A stretch of DNA of 64,000 nucleotides from Candidatus Omnitrophica bacterium UBA6215 (GTDB taxonomy: Bacteria; Omnitrophota; Gorgyraeia; Pluralincolimonadales; Pluralincolimonadaceae), in NCBI GenBank assembly GCA_002421665.1, contig DISH01000003.1, forward strand, positions 103,291 through 167,290, in the 5' to 3' direction. Below the pieces are notes generated by a model, which did not search any database, was not told the origin of the DNA, and worked only from the letters and a program-made list of their open reading frames with translations. The position numbers and the translations under genes are program-made. Every line of letters begins with the position of its first letter. The stretch's first letter is position 1. This document shows positions 34,268 to 44,171 of the stretch, piece after piece.

Positions 34268-34689
34268 AAAAAGCGATATACGCGTCTGTCGCGGCGGTCC
34301 TCCTGCTTGTCCTTAATGTTCCAGTTTATTGCGGGATAGACCCGGGCCTTACGGTAAAGAAATATTACCGTCCGGACGGGTCCGTGCAGAAGGTCGAGAT
34401 ATTTGATGCCGACGGCAGGAAGACCGGAGAGGCTTATTACGGAGCGGACGGCAATCTTGACAAGAACCCTGTTGACGACTGGGCCGCGGCGGAATGGCGT
34501 TATTCAGGGGACCGGCTCGCGGAAGAAAGGTATTACGGGGAAGACGGCCGCCTCAAAGAAAGAAAGGTCTATGGCGAGACCGGCGACCTGGTGGACAAGG
34601 ATTATTACGGAGGCGAAAAGAATATAGATGAATACGAGGAATATAATACGCAGACCTTCCCTTACGGGGAAGTTCGTATGTATGAATAG
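34261..34689 (+). CDS. Secreted MORN-variant (YwqK-like) repeat protein
   Basis: 142 aa. Signal peptide. Repeated YYGADGNLDK / YYGEDGRLKERKVYGETGDL motifs. Confidence 0.45.
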   Translation: MVKKAIYASVAAVLLLVLNVPVYCGIDPGLTVKKYYRPDGSVQKVEIFDADGRKTGEAYYGADGNLDKNPVDDWAAAEWRYSGDRLAEERYYGEDGRLKERKVYGETGDLVDKDYYGGEKNIDEYEEYNTQTFPYGEVRMYE

Positions 34690-34690
34690 C

Positions 34691-35023
34691 ATGCGCGTCT
34701 TATTGCTTTCCGTGGCTTTGCTTTCCGTGCCCGCCTTTGGTCATTGCGAGGACCAGGGCCAGCGCGTCGTAAATACCGCAGAAGGGCAGATATCTGATAT
34801 AGACTGGGCCGGCTCAAAGCTGACGGTCAAATGGCTCAGCCAGGACGATAACGTCTTTCACGAAACGACCATCTCCGTACCCGACGATGCCGTGATGAGG
34901 AAGAACGGCGACAGCATAGATTTTTCCGAACTGGAGATATCAGATGACGTTACGGTCAAGTATTATGAGGATTTTTACGGCAACGCTACCCTTATAACCC
35001 TGAACGTCACCAACCCCGGCTGA
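34691..35023 (+). CDS. Secreted hypothetical protein
   Basis: ORF 34628..35023, with the start taken at 34691 (MRVLLLSVALLSVPAFG), just after the upstream stop. Start at 34682 is also possible. Confidence 0.5.
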   Translation: MRVLLLSVALLSVPAFGHCEDQGQRVVNTAEGQISDIDWAGSKLTVKWLSQDDNVFHETTISVPDDAVMRKNGDSIDFSELEISDDVTVKYYEDFYGNATLITLNVTNPG

Positions 35024-35034
35024 ACGGAGGGAGC

Positions 35035-35436
35035 ATGCGCATCCTTGCTTCTGTCTTTATCGCGGTCTTCGCGGCAGTTTTGTTTACCGGCTGTTCCCGG
35101 GAATGTTCAATGGGATCAAAAAAGGTCATAGAGAAAGATTCCGGTAAGACGGTAGAGATTAGGGTGGGCGACACCCTTATCGTGGATTTGCCGGGAAATC
35201 CTTCCACGGGATACAGCTGGGAGACGGTATCGGCGGATGGCTCCATCCTTCAGAGTTCCGGAAGCGCCGCTTTTGTTCCCGATTCAAACATGATCGGAGC
35301 TCCGGGAAAAGTCTCGCTGCGTTTCAAAGCGATTGCCGCAGGCAGGACCGCATTGAAGCTTGCCTATCGGCGTGTATGGGAAAAAGAGATCCCACCGCTT
35401 AAGACATTTGAACTGAATGTTGAAGTGGCTAAATAG
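35035..35436 (+). CDS. Chagasin-family (I42) peptidase-inhibitor lipoprotein
   Basis: 133 aa. Lipobox LFTGC. Hallmark motif GNPSTGYSWE. Confidence 0.8.
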   Translation: MRILASVFIAVFAAVLFTGCSRECSMGSKKVIEKDSGKTVEIRVGDTLIVDLPGNPSTGYSWETVSADGSILQSSGSAAFVPDSNMIGAPGKVSLRFKAIAAGRTALKLAYRRVWEKEIPPLKTFELNVEVAK

Positions 35437-35440
35437 CTAT

Positions 35441-36337
35441 ATGCCCGCGCCTGTATTGACCGTAACGCTCAATCCTGCCGTAGACAAGACCATAAAAGGC
35501 CCGCGCGTAAAGTTAAGCGCCGGGGGAAAAGGGATAAACGTTTCTCGCGCCCTCAAGGCGATGGGCGTGCGCAGTATTGCTACGGGGCTTGCGGCAGGCG
35601 CCTCCGGAAAATTCATATTATCGGAGTTGAAAAAAGAGGGAATAAAAGGCAGGTTCTCTCAGGTCAAGGGCCTTACCAGGACCAATCTCACAGTCATAGA
35701 TGCGAGAGGAAGGATAATACGCGGCATACAGGACGGGCCCGCCGTTGCAAGAAAGGAATTCTCGGGTTTCAAGAAAAAATTCACCGCACTACTCAAGGGG
35801 CGCTGTTATGCGGTATTCTCCGGCGCCAATGCGAACGGCCTCGGTCCGTCTGCCTACGCGGAGCTTATAGGCATATCGCGGAAAGCGGGGGTGGTGACTG
35901 TCCTTGATACCAGGGGGGAGGCCCTCAAGCGGGGCCTTCGGGCGCGTCCGGATATAACCAAGCCCAACGCCGAAGAGGCGGAATATATATGCGGGATAAG
36001 CCCTCGTACCCGGGGTGATATAAGGAAGATAATGCGGGTATTCCACAGAAAAGGCGCGCGGACAGTATTGCTTACGCTCGGGGCGAAAGGCGCGGCAGCC
36101 TCTGACGGAGAACGCTTGGTATTTGCCCGTCCGCCTAAGGTATTGACCGGCAACAGTGTCGGTTGCGGGGACGCTTTCCTGGCGGGGTTCATAGCGCGGC
36201 GCCTTGAAGGCGGGAACCTTGCCTCTTGCCTGCGCGCGGCTACAGCCGCCGGGACGGCGAACGCGGCAGGGATGGTTCCGGGAGCATTCAAGAAAAAGGA
36301 CTATAAATGGATATATTCGGCAACAACGCTCACCTAA
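35441..36337 (+). CDS. PfkB-family sugar kinase (1-phosphofructokinase/tagatose-6-phosphate kinase-like)
   Basis: ATG at 35441 (MPAPVLTVTLNPAVDKT). GGKGINVS and C-terminal VGCGDAF motifs. Confidence 0.7.
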   Translation: MPAPVLTVTLNPAVDKTIKGPRVKLSAGGKGINVSRALKAMGVRSIATGLAAGASGKFILSELKKEGIKGRFSQVKGLTRTNLTVIDARGRIIRGIQDGPAVARKEFSGFKKKFTALLKGRCYAVFSGANANGLGPSAYAELIGISRKAGVVTVLDTRGEALKRGLRARPDITKPNAEEAEYICGISPRTRGDIRKIMRVFHRKGARTVLLTLGAKGAAASDGERLVFARPPKVLTGNSVGCGDAFLAGFIARRLEGGNLASCLRAATAAGTANAAGMVPGAFKKKDYKWIYSATTLT

Positions 36338-37224
36338 GGGAAGCCGTAAATTTTTTTGTATATGACACGATAAAGATATTCCTGCTGCTCGCGGTGATCA
36401 TATTCATCGTTTCGCTGGTCAGGTCGTTCCTGCCCCCCGAAAGGATAAGGAAGATCCTTTCCAGTAAGGACAAGTACACGGGGCATGTGCTGGCGTCTTT
36501 GCTCGGTATAATAACGCCTTTTTGCTCATGCAGCGCCATACCGCTTTTTCTCGGCTTCGTGGAGGCAGGAGTCCCGCTCGGGGTTACTTTCAGTTTTCTT
36601 GTGGCTTCTCCGATGATAAACGAAGTGGCGCTGATAATGCTCCTGGGGATGTTCGGCTGGAAGATAGCCCTGCTGTATATCTTGAGCGGGATGCTCGTAT
36701 CAGTAGTTTCGGGCATAGTGATCGGCCTTATGAGGCCGGAAAGGCTGCTCGAGCCGATGGAGATGAAGACGTCAAAGAACCCCCTGACGGATAACATTGA
36801 GCTGAAGTGGCCGGACAGGTTCAGGTATGCTAGGGCCTATACGGCCTTTATCATAAAGAAAGTCTGGCTATATGTGGTCATAGGCGTAGGCGCGGGCGCC
36901 TTCATACACGGGTATGTGCCCACCGATTTTCTCGCCAGGTATGCGGGAGGCGACAAGTGGTATGCCGTGCCGTTCGCTACCCTTATCGGGATACCGCTGT
37001 ATTCGAACGCGGCCGGGATAATACCGCTTGTCAGCGCGCTGACGGAGAAGGGCGTGGCCATGGGCACGACATTGTCTTTCATGATGGCCGTTACGGCCCT
37101 CTCGTTGCCGGAGTTCATGATATTGAAGAAAGTCATGAAGATGCGGCTCATACTGGCGTTTGCCGGGATAGTCGGCGCGGGAATAATATTTACCGGATAT
37201 CTTTTTAATATCCTGTTGAAATAA
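36307..37224 (+). CDS. Permease, UPF0718/DUF318 family
   Basis: 305 aa, polytopic. Hallmark [13 protein letters not shown] motif. Confidence 0.7.
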   Translation: MDIFGNNAHLREAVNFFVYDTIKIFLLLAVIIFIVSLVRSFLPPERIRKILSSKDKYTGHVLASLLGIITPFCSCSAIPLFLGFVEAGVPLGVTFSFLVASPMINEVALIMLLGMFGWKIALLYILSGMLVSVVSGIVIGLMRPERLLEPMEMKTSKNPLTDNIELKWPDRFRYARAYTAFIIKKVWLYVVIGVGAGAFIHGYVPTDFLARYAGGDKWYAVPFATLIGIPLYSNAAGIIPLVSALTEKGVAMGTTLSFMMAVTALSLPEFMILKKVMKMRLILAFAGIVGAGIIFTGYLFNILLK

Positions 37225-37244
37225 ATATAAGGTATAATCATATA

Positions 37245-37610
37245 TTGATGTTCGAGCTCGATGAACGCGATATAGAAGAGACATTCGTCAGGTCCGGCGG
37301 CCACGGCGGACAGAACGTAAACAAAGTGTCCACGTGTGTCAAGCTCAGGCACAGGCCGACCGGCATAGAGGTCAGGTGTTCGCAGGAACGCTCCCAGGCG
37401 ATGAACCGCGTCCTCGCCCGGCGCATACTTGCCCGCAAGGTAGAACAGCGGTTACTCGGTCGCAGATCAGAGATACAACGCAAGATAGAGAAGATCCGCA
37501 GGCAGAAACGCAAGCGCTCCAAGAGGGCGAAAGAAAAGATGCTCGCAGCCAAAAAGCAGCATTCGATCAAAAAATCATTCCGGAAGAAAATGGAGGCTGA
37601 TTATGAATAG
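37245..37610 (+). CDS. arfB: Alternative ribosome-rescue factor ArfB (peptidyl-tRNA hydrolase, RF-1 domain)
   Basis: 121 aa. GGQ motif [11 protein letters not shown] followed by a basic C-terminal tail. Confidence 0.8.
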   Translation: MMFELDERDIEETFVRSGGHGGQNVNKVSTCVKLRHRPTGIEVRCSQERSQAMNRVLARRILARKVEQRLLGRRSEIQRKIEKIRRQKRKRSKRAKEKMLAAKKQHSIKKSFRKKMEADYE

Positions 37611-38871
37611 GAAGACAGCCGTTGCAGCGGTCCTGGCGGTATGCCTGTTCGCATTATCCGCTGCCGCCTACGCAATAAGCTGGAAGTCCGATTTTCAGTC
37701 CGCGCTTAAGGCGGCGCGGGAATCAGGCAAGCCCGTGATGGTCGATTTCTATACCGATTGGTGCGGCTGGTGCAAGAAACTTGACACCGACACCTATTCC
37801 AATGCCAGGGTCTCATCGCTTTCGGATAAATTTGTGTGCGTAAAGGTCGATGCCGAAAAGAACGCCAGGCTTGCCGCGGCCTACAAAGTCACCGGTTATC
37901 CGACGGTCCTTTTTATCGACGGGAACGGGGCCGTACTCCAGAAAGTGCCCGGTTACCTTCCGGCAGACCGTTTTGCCGCAGTGATGAACAACGTACTGCT
38001 GACGATGCCCCGGGCAGAGAAGCAGACCGGGGAGAAGGGCGGCGGTTTCGTCGTCCTGGAAGACAGGCCGAAGGGCAAGGACGGCAAGCCGTTGCCTGCC
38101 AAGGCGGTCGGGCAGGAGTTCGTTTATAACGGTTTTGTGGAATCCCGGGGAGATAAACTCCTGGTGCAGATAAATTATAAAGGCAGCACCTATTTTGTAA
38201 CAAGAGGGGAAAAATTCGCGGAGTATACCGTAGTCTCGGCGGATAAGGATAAAGTCGTCCTTTCCGGCGATAAAGGTGACACATTCGCGCTGGAATTCAA
38301 AAAACCGTTCAAACTTGACGAACCTTTGCATGGGATAGCCCGGATATTCGAAGACGGCCAGCCGGATAAGGCTGCCGCGATCCCCCTGGCGGAGCCTTCC
38401 GCGCCGGAGGTATTTGCCGGACAGGCGAGGACAACCGCCCTCGCAATACCCGCCGCGGTATTCTCGGCGTTGGTTTTGGTATTTTATGCGTATTTTGCGA
38501 TATGCCTGCAGGTGATCGCGGCCAAGACAGGCACGGGCAATGCCTGGATGGCATGGCTGCCGGTATTTAACATATTCCTTATGTTGAATATCAGCAAGAT
38601 AAGATACAGGATGTTCCTTTTGCCGATAGCCGTTTTCGTGCTGTTGGCTGTCTCCGCCGCGGCTGTACCGATAAACGCGCTCGCCGGCCTTATAATTGTA
38701 CTGGCAATGATGCTCAACTCCATATATTTCATATTCCTGATGGCGTATGTCTGGTACAGGATATCCACCGCGAGAGGCAAGTCTACGGGGCTTTCCGTAG
38801 TGTTCTGCATAATGATGTTCGTTTCTCCGCTGAACCTGATAGCGTTGGGATACCTGGCCTTTTCAAAATAA
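37603..38871 (+). CDS. Thioredoxin-domain protein with C-terminal polytopic membrane domain
   Basis: 422 aa. Signal peptide. [15 protein letters not shown] (CxxC thioredoxin_7-like). Multiple C-terminal hydrophobic helices. Confidence 0.7.
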   Translation: MNRKTAVAAVLAVCLFALSAAAYAISWKSDFQSALKAARESGKPVMVDFYTDWCGWCKKLDTDTYSNARVSSLSDKFVCVKVDAEKNARLAAAYKVTGYPTVLFIDGNGAVLQKVPGYLPADRFAAVMNNVLLTMPRAEKQTGEKGGGFVVLEDRPKGKDGKPLPAKAVGQEFVYNGFVESRGDKLLVQINYKGSTYFVTRGEKFAEYTVVSADKDKVVLSGDKGDTFALEFKKPFKLDEPLHGIARIFEDGQPDKAAAIPLAEPSAPEVFAGQARTTALAIPAAVFSALVLVFYAYFAICLQVIAAKTGTGNAWMAWLPVFNIFLMLNISKIRYRMFLLPIAVFVLLAVSAAAVPINALAGLIIVLAMMLNSIYFIFLMAYVWYRISTARGKSTGLSVVFCIMMFVSPLNLIALGYLAFSK

Positions 38872-38880
38872 GGGGCGACA

Positions 38881-40011
38881 ATGTTCTGGAAGAGATTTTT
38901 CATAGTAGCGGGCGTGTTGGTGATATTGGCCTTTTTGGCGCAGCTGATGGTGGCCCCGCGCATGAAGGACCTGTTGACAGGCGCCGCAAAGGACCATCTC
39001 GGCCTGGATATATCGATAGGCGACTGCAATATGAGCGTGCTCAAAAGGAAGATAGTCCTGACCGATGTCAAGGTCCTGAACCCCGAAAGGGAAGGCGACT
39101 ATTTCTTCAAGGCGAAAGAATTGAGCGCGGACTTCTACCTGATACCGATCCTTTTTAACAAACAGGTCCTCAAGACGGTCTCGCTCACCGACCCGGAGGT
39201 TATCCTGACCCTCGGCGAGGACGGGAAGTTCAAACTGCCCGAAATAAAGAAGACGGATAAGGGCCCTTCGAAGCGCGCAGGGGACCTTCTTTTCAAGAAG
39301 TTCTCGGTAACGGGAGGCAGCCTCCAATTTATAGACCAGAAGATATCGTCCCCGGCGATCATAACCCGGTTCTCGGGCATCGACGGACAGGTCGTCAACT
39401 CGGTATCCTTGTCCGACAGGAGCATCATCACAAGCATAAACGTCAAAGGCAATATAGAGGGGCAGGGGTCCTTCTCGGTTGACGGAAAGGGCAAGTTCCT
39501 CGAGAAACCGATCAGCTTCGACGGAAAGGTAAAGATAGAGAACGTGCCGTTGCCGAAGTTCTCGCCTTATTACGGCAATAACCTTTCGGTCAAGGTAAGG
39601 AAGGGCAATTTGTTCGTGGATACCGGGGCGGTATGCGATAAGGGCGCCTTGAACGTTAGGACCGGGATAAAAATACAGGATGTCGACCTTGAACCCGTTG
39701 GCGACCCCAACAAGACCGTCCTCTTCGAGATAAAGACCAGCGATGTCATAGAGTTCCTCAGGGACGAAGACAATGCGGTAAGTTTCAGTTTCGAAATAAA
39801 GGGAGATTTGAGCAAGCCGGATTTCAAATGGGGCGATGAAATGGCCCGCGCGCTGCGCAACTCAATGCTAAAGGCGTTTACGGACGGTGTGGTAAGGCTT
39901 TTAAGGAGCCCGGTCAAGGCCGGCGAGAAGATAGGGGAGATTTTGGGCGGCGAGGCCGGCGAGACTGCCAAAAAAATAGGCGAAAAGCTGCAGGGTATAC
40001 TCGGAAAATAG
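38881..40011 (+). CDS. Membrane-anchored protein, possibly AsmA-like/DUF748
   Basis: 376 aa. N-terminal TM helix with a beta-rich remainder. The family assignment is tentative. Confidence 0.45.
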   Translation: MFWKRFFIVAGVLVILAFLAQLMVAPRMKDLLTGAAKDHLGLDISIGDCNMSVLKRKIVLTDVKVLNPEREGDYFFKAKELSADFYLIPILFNKQVLKTVSLTDPEVILTLGEDGKFKLPEIKKTDKGPSKRAGDLLFKKFSVTGGSLQFIDQKISSPAIITRFSGIDGQVVNSVSLSDRSIITSINVKGNIEGQGSFSVDGKGKFLEKPISFDGKVKIENVPLPKFSPYYGNNLSVKVRKGNLFVDTGAVCDKGALNVRTGIKIQDVDLEPVGDPNKTVLFEIKTSDVIEFLRDEDNAVSFSFEIKGDLSKPDFKWGDEMARALRNSMLKAFTDGVVRLLRSPVKAGEKIGEILGGEAGETAKKIGEKLQGILGK

Positions 40012-40013
40012 GG

Positions 40014-40042
40014 TTGACTTACCGGCTTCGAAATTATATAAT
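40014..40042 (+). promoter_or_regulatory. Sigma70 consensus promoter for tRNA-Phe
   Basis: TTGACT (40014-40019), 17 nt, TATAAT (40037-40042). tRNA 5' end at 40074. Confidence 0.6.
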
Positions 40043-40073
40043 ATCGAAACCTTTCAATAATCCGTAAATTTAT

Positions 40074-40149
40074 GCCGAGGTAGCTCAGTTGGTAGAGCGC
40101 GGGACTGAAAATCCCGGCGTGAACGGTTCGATTCCGTTCCTCGGCACCA
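40074..40149 (+). tRNA. tRNA-Phe(GAA): tRNA-Phe (anticodon GAA)
   Basis: Acceptor GCCGAGG/CCTCGGC, D-arm TAGCTCAGTTGGTAGAGC, anticodon loop CTGAAAA, T-loop GGTTCGATTCC, CCA encoded. Confidence 0.85.
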
Positions 40150-40182
40150 TTTCTGTATATAAAAAATAAGGAGGGAGCGGTC

Positions 40183-40467
40183 ATGGCAAAGGCAGTGAAG
40201 AAGTCTGGGACAAAGAAGGTAACGTTCAAGTTGATAGCCCCTTACGCCAACAGTGTCAGCGTCGCCGGGGATTTTAATGGTTGGGACGTCAACGCTACGC
40301 CTATGAAGAAGGATTGGAAGGACGACTGGACAGCCGCCCTTAGCCTGAAACCCGGGCGTTATGAGTACAAATTCTACGTTGACGGTTCGTGGCAGAACGA
40401 CCCCAGCTGCGACGCCTGCGTACAGAACGAGTTCGGAAGCACGAACTGCGTCGTAGAAGTAAAATAA
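40183..40467 (+). CDS. Stand-alone CBM48/E-set glycogen-binding domain protein (isoamylase N-terminal-like)
   Basis: 94 aa. VSVAGDFNGWD ... LKPGRYEYKFYVDGSWQNDP. RBS AAGGAGGGAG. Confidence 0.75.
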   Translation: MAKAVKKSGTKKVTFKLIAPYANSVSVAGDFNGWDVNATPMKKDWKDDWTAALSLKPGRYEYKFYVDGSWQNDPSCDACVQNEFGSTNCVVEVK

Positions 40468-40496
40468 CAAAGGTTTCCCCGTATCCAGGCGTTTGG

Positions 40497-40572
40497 GCTG
40501 GCGTAGCTCAGTTGGTAGAGCAGCGGTTTCGTAAATCGCGGGTCGGAGGTTCAATTCCTCTCGCCAGCTCCA
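40497..40572 (+). tRNA. tRNA-Thr(CGT): tRNA-Thr (anticodon CGT)
   Basis: Acceptor GCTGGCG/CGCCAGC, anticodon stem GCGGT/ATCGC with loop TTCGTAA, T-loop GGTTCAATTCC, CCA encoded. Confidence 0.8.
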
Positions 40573-40605
40573 TAAGTTCCCGCTCACAACCACTCAGAGT
40601 CTAAT

Positions 40606-41871
40606 TTGGCGCATTTCAGGGAAGTTCTACGAGAGCGTAATTTTTTCCTCCTCTGGCTTGGGCAGATAATCTCGCAATTCGGCGACAGGCTCAACCAGAT
40701 GGTCCTAATTGCCATAGTCTATGCCAGGACCCCCGGCTCGCCTTTTGAGCTGGCTAAGTTCTTTTCTTTTACCATAATCCCTTCGTTCTTCGTCAGCCCC
40801 ATAGCCGGGGCGTTCATAGACAGGTGGGACAAGAAGAGGACGATGATCGTCTGCGATATACTCAGGGCTTTGGTTGTCCTTGCGGTGCCGCTTATGTTCA
40901 TAGACGTCAAGACCGCGCCGTCGCTCCCCATATATGCGGCGGTATTCCTGATATTCGCGGTCAGCTGTTTCTTCCTGCCGGCAAGACTTTCCATAATACC
41001 CGATCTCGTTTCCAAGGAAAAACTGCTGATGGCGAATTCCCTTTTTACCGTAACGGGCATGATAGGGGCCATATTCTGGTTCGTTGTCGGAGGCATCCTT
41101 GTAGAGATGATGAAGGTCAGGGGCGGGCTTTACCTCAACGGCCTGATATACCTGTGTTCGGCCGCGGCGATAATTTTTATAACCGGGCACAAGAGGAAGG
41201 CGGCCAAACCCGTCGGCCTTGCCGAGATAGAGAAGGTGATCAAGAAATCCCTTGTCTCGGAGATCACCGACGGCCTGAAGTATCTCAAGGGCCACCGCGA
41301 GGCGAGGTTCGCTTTCCGCGTCCTATTCGTGATGATGGCCGGCGCCGGCGCTGCATATGCCGTCATAATAGTCTTCATACAGGAGGCTATGGGTTCGGTG
41401 ACGCGCGACCTGGGCCTTCTGGGATTGTTCCTCGGCGGAGGTTTCTTTTTAGGTTCTGTGATCTACGGCAGGGCAGGGCACCGGTTGTCCAAGCACAAGA
41501 CGATATTCGGCTGCTTTATCACCGCGGGCCTGGCCATGTTGCTTTTTACCATGCTGCTGAAATGGACGCAGTCTTTCCTGTTCGCGTCGGTTATGGCGAT
41601 GTTCCTTGGGATATTCCTGGCCCCGGTAGGTATATCCACGAACACCATGATACACGAGATGGTGGTCGAGAACATGCGCGGAAGGATATTCAGTTCGCTC
41701 GGGATAGCGATGAACGTCGCTTTCCTTATATTCATGCTTTGTTCTTCCATGCTCGCCGAGACGATCGACAGGAGCTGGATATTGTATTCGGTCAGCGGTT
41801 TCTACGTGACGGCCGGAATACTCGGTTTTGCGGACCTCTACCTTTTTAAGGAGAAACACGTCAATGGCTGA
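40606..41871 (+). CDS. MFS transporter
   Basis: 421 aa, 12 predicted TM helices, with the typical MFS N-terminus FFLLWLGQIISQFGDRL. Confidence 0.8.
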   Translation: MAHFREVLRERNFFLLWLGQIISQFGDRLNQMVLIAIVYARTPGSPFELAKFFSFTIIPSFFVSPIAGAFIDRWDKKRTMIVCDILRALVVLAVPLMFIDVKTAPSLPIYAAVFLIFAVSCFFLPARLSIIPDLVSKEKLLMANSLFTVTGMIGAIFWFVVGGILVEMMKVRGGLYLNGLIYLCSAAAIIFITGHKRKAAKPVGLAEIEKVIKKSLVSEITDGLKYLKGHREARFAFRVLFVMMAGAGAAYAVIIVFIQEAMGSVTRDLGLLGLFLGGGFFLGSVIYGRAGHRLSKHKTIFGCFITAGLAMLLFTMLLKWTQSFLFASVMAMFLGIFLAPVGISTNTMIHEMVVENMRGRIFSSLGIAMNVAFLIFMLCSSMLAETIDRSWILYSVSGFYVTAGILGFADLYLFKEKHVNG

Positions 41872-42784
41872 CTATGATGTAGTGATAATCGGGGGAGGCC
41901 CTGCCGGCCTGACGGCCGGAATATATGCTTCCCGGGCCAGGCTCAAGACCCTGTTGCTCGAGAAGATGATGCCGGGCGGGCAGATATTGACCTCGCCCTT
42001 GCTCGAGAATTATCCGGGTTTCCCGGAAGGGGTAGCGGGCCCAAAGGTGATAGATGACATGGTCAAACAGGCGCAGCGTTTCGGCCTTGAAATAAAGAAT
42101 GCGGAAGTCGTTAAAATAGAGGATGACGGCCCGCGTAAGCGGTTGTCCTGCGCCGACGGGTCCTTTGGCGCGCCGGCGGTCATATTGGCAATGGGCGCCA
42201 GTTACTCCTCCTTGGGCGTGCCGGGCGAAAAAGAACTCGAAGGCAGGGGCGTCTCATATTGCGCTACGTGCGACGGGCCGCTGTTCAGGAACAAGGAAAC
42301 GGTTGTGGTCGGCGGCGGCGATACTGCCATAGAAGAGGCCCTGCACCTGACGCATTTCTGTTCCAAGGTATCGGTAGTCCACCGCAGGAACGAGCTTCGG
42401 GCCACGAAGATACTACAGGAAAGGGCTTTTGCCGAGAAGAAGATCGAGATGGTCTGGGACAGCGTGGTTACCGAGATATTGGGCAAAGAGCGCGTTGAAG
42501 GCGTCATGACCAAAAACGTCAAGACCTCCGGGCAGAAGCTGGTCCCGGCAAGCGGGGTCTTCCTTGCGGTAGGATTTACGCCGCATACGGTGCTCGTAAA
42601 AGGACTTGTCGAGACCGATGATAAGGGGTATATTATAACCGACGATAACATGTCTGCATCGCGGCCGGGATTCTTTGCCGCTGGAGATTGCAGGAAAAAA
42701 TCACTCCGCCAGTTTGTCACTGCCTGCGGGGACGGCGCGACCGCCGCATTCTCCGCACAGAGATATATCGAAAACCGCAATTAG
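41864..42784 (+). CDS. trxB: Thioredoxin-disulfide reductase
   Basis: ATG at 41864 (MADYDVVIIGGGPAGLTAG). Redox-active CATC. GGGDTA NADPH site. Confidence 0.85.
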   Translation: MADYDVVIIGGGPAGLTAGIYASRARLKTLLLEKMMPGGQILTSPLLENYPGFPEGVAGPKVIDDMVKQAQRFGLEIKNAEVVKIEDDGPRKRLSCADGSFGAPAVILAMGASYSSLGVPGEKELEGRGVSYCATCDGPLFRNKETVVVGGGDTAIEEALHLTHFCSKVSVVHRRNELRATKILQERAFAEKKIEMVWDSVVTEILGKERVEGVMTKNVKTSGQKLVPASGVFLAVGFTPHTVLVKGLVETDDKGYIITDDNMSASRPGFFAAGDCRKKSLRQFVTACGDGATAAFSAQRYIENRN

Positions 42785-42813
42785 GCCGCAAGGCCTCATT
42801 AAGGAGGACAGGG

Positions 42814-43224
42814 ATGAAAAAACTGCTGTCGGCTTTCCTCGTTATCGCGTTGAGCGCGGGAATATGTTTTGCGGCAAGTCCCGAGAAGAAGGCCGAGAAG
42901 GCCGCCAACAACTGGCTTGAGCTGCTTGATAACAAAGATTATGCCCGGAGCTATGATGAGTCTTCCTCGCTTTTCAAGGCTTCGGTGCAGAAGGACGGAT
43001 GGATAAGAACGTGCGGTTCGCTCCGGGACATGCTTGGCGCGGCAAAGTCCAGGAAACTTGTATCGGCTACGCGCCAGAGCAAGATGCAGGGCGCGCCCGA
43101 CGGCGAATACGTGATCCTCGTTTATAAGACCCAGTTCAAGAAGAAGTCCGACGCCCAGGAGATAGTAGTGCCCATGCTGGACAGGGACGGGAAATGGAGA
43201 ATCTCCGGATATCACATTGATTAG
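42814..43224 (+). CDS. Secreted DUF4019-like protein
   Basis: ATG at 42814 with RBS AAGGAGGA. Signal peptide. The family assignment is tentative. Confidence 0.5.
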   Translation: MKKLLSAFLVIALSAGICFAASPEKKAEKAANNWLELLDNKDYARSYDESSSLFKASVQKDGWIRTCGSLRDMLGAAKSRKLVSATRQSKMQGAPDGEYVILVYKTQFKKKSDAQEIVVPMLDRDGKWRISGYHID

Positions 43225-43245
43225 GTCATAACAACGGAGTCGAGC

Positions 43246-43575
43246 ATGTCTGACAACATATTGCATTTAAAGGACGGCGATTTTGATAAAGCGATAACGG
43301 AGGCGAAAGGGGTGGCCCTGGTGGATTTTTGGGCGCAGTGGTGCATGCCCTGCAAAATGATCGCCCCTGTGATCGAGGCTGTCGCTAAGGATTTCGCGGG
43401 CAAAGTGACCGTGGCAAAGATAGAGGTAGACGAGGCCGGAGAGACCGCCTCGCGCTTCAACGTCATGAACATACCCACCCTCATATTCTTCAAGGAGGGT
43501 AAAGAGGCCGGGCGGACGGTCGGTGTAATATCCAAAGAGGACCTAATAAGAAGGCTGGAAGAGCTCCTGAAATGA
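43246..43575 (+). CDS. trxA: Thioredoxin
   Basis: 109 aa. WAQWCMPCK active site (a WCxPC variant). Confidence 0.85.
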   Translation: MSDNILHLKDGDFDKAITEAKGVALVDFWAQWCMPCKMIAPVIEAVAKDFAGKVTVAKIEVDEAGETASRFNVMNIPTLIFFKEGKEAGRTVGVISKEDLIRRLEELLK

Positions 43576-44171
43576 ATTTTGCGGTTTTCTGTTCGGGACA
43601 TGGGACGAACCTGCAGGCGATAATAGATGCCTGCCGCAAAAGACGCCTTACGGCAAAACTGGCGCTGGTAGTCTGTGATAATCCCCGCGCTTACGCTGTC
43701 GAAAGGGCGAAGCGCGCGGGCATCCCAGTTGCGGTGTTCGGCCCCAAGGATTTCCAGTCGAAGAAAACGCTTGAGGCCGCCATAGCCAAGGAACTTGACC
43801 GCAGGCGTATAAAGCTCATCGCGCTGGCCGGTTACATGCGAATATTAAGCGACGGTTTCGTCAGGAAGTACAGGAACAGGATAATCAACATCCACCCGGC
43901 GCTCCTGCCCGCATTTAAAGGTGGACAAGCGATAAAAGATGCGATACAATATGGCGTCAAAGTAACGGGCCCGACGGTTCACTTCGTGACCGAGGAGGTC
44001 GACGGCGGTCCCATAATCCTCCAGGAGACGTGCCCCGTAAAGGATGACGATACGGAAGCTGCGCTCTTGGCGCGTGTCCACAAACTGGAACACAGCATCT
44101 ATCCCCGGGCAATAGACCTTTTTGCGAAGGGGAAGTTAAAATTAAGGGGCAGGAAGGTAATAGTAAAGTAG
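43572..44171 (+). CDS. purN: Phosphoribosylglycinamide formyltransferase
   Basis: 199 aa. FAVFCSGHGTNLQAI and INIHPALLP motifs. Confidence 0.85.
   Translation: MNFAVFCSGHGTNLQAIIDACRKRRLTAKLALVVCDNPRAYAVERAKRAGIPVAVFGPKDFQSKKTLEAAIAKELDRRRIKLIALAGYMRILSDGFVRKYRNRIINIHPALLPAFKGGQAIKDAIQYGVKVTGPTVHFVTEEVDGGPIILQETCPVKDDDTEAALLARVHKLEHSIYPRAIDLFAKGKLKLRGRKVIVK

Noticed and set aside
40705-41849. Long alternative-frame and antisense ORFs inside the MFS transporter gene (e.g. 40824..41849 +, 341 aa; 40705..41295 -, 196 aa)
   Set aside because: Arg/Gly/Pro-rich low-complexity translations typical of off-frame reading in high-GC DNA. They are fully overlapped by a well-supported 12-TM MFS gene and have no RBS or motifs.
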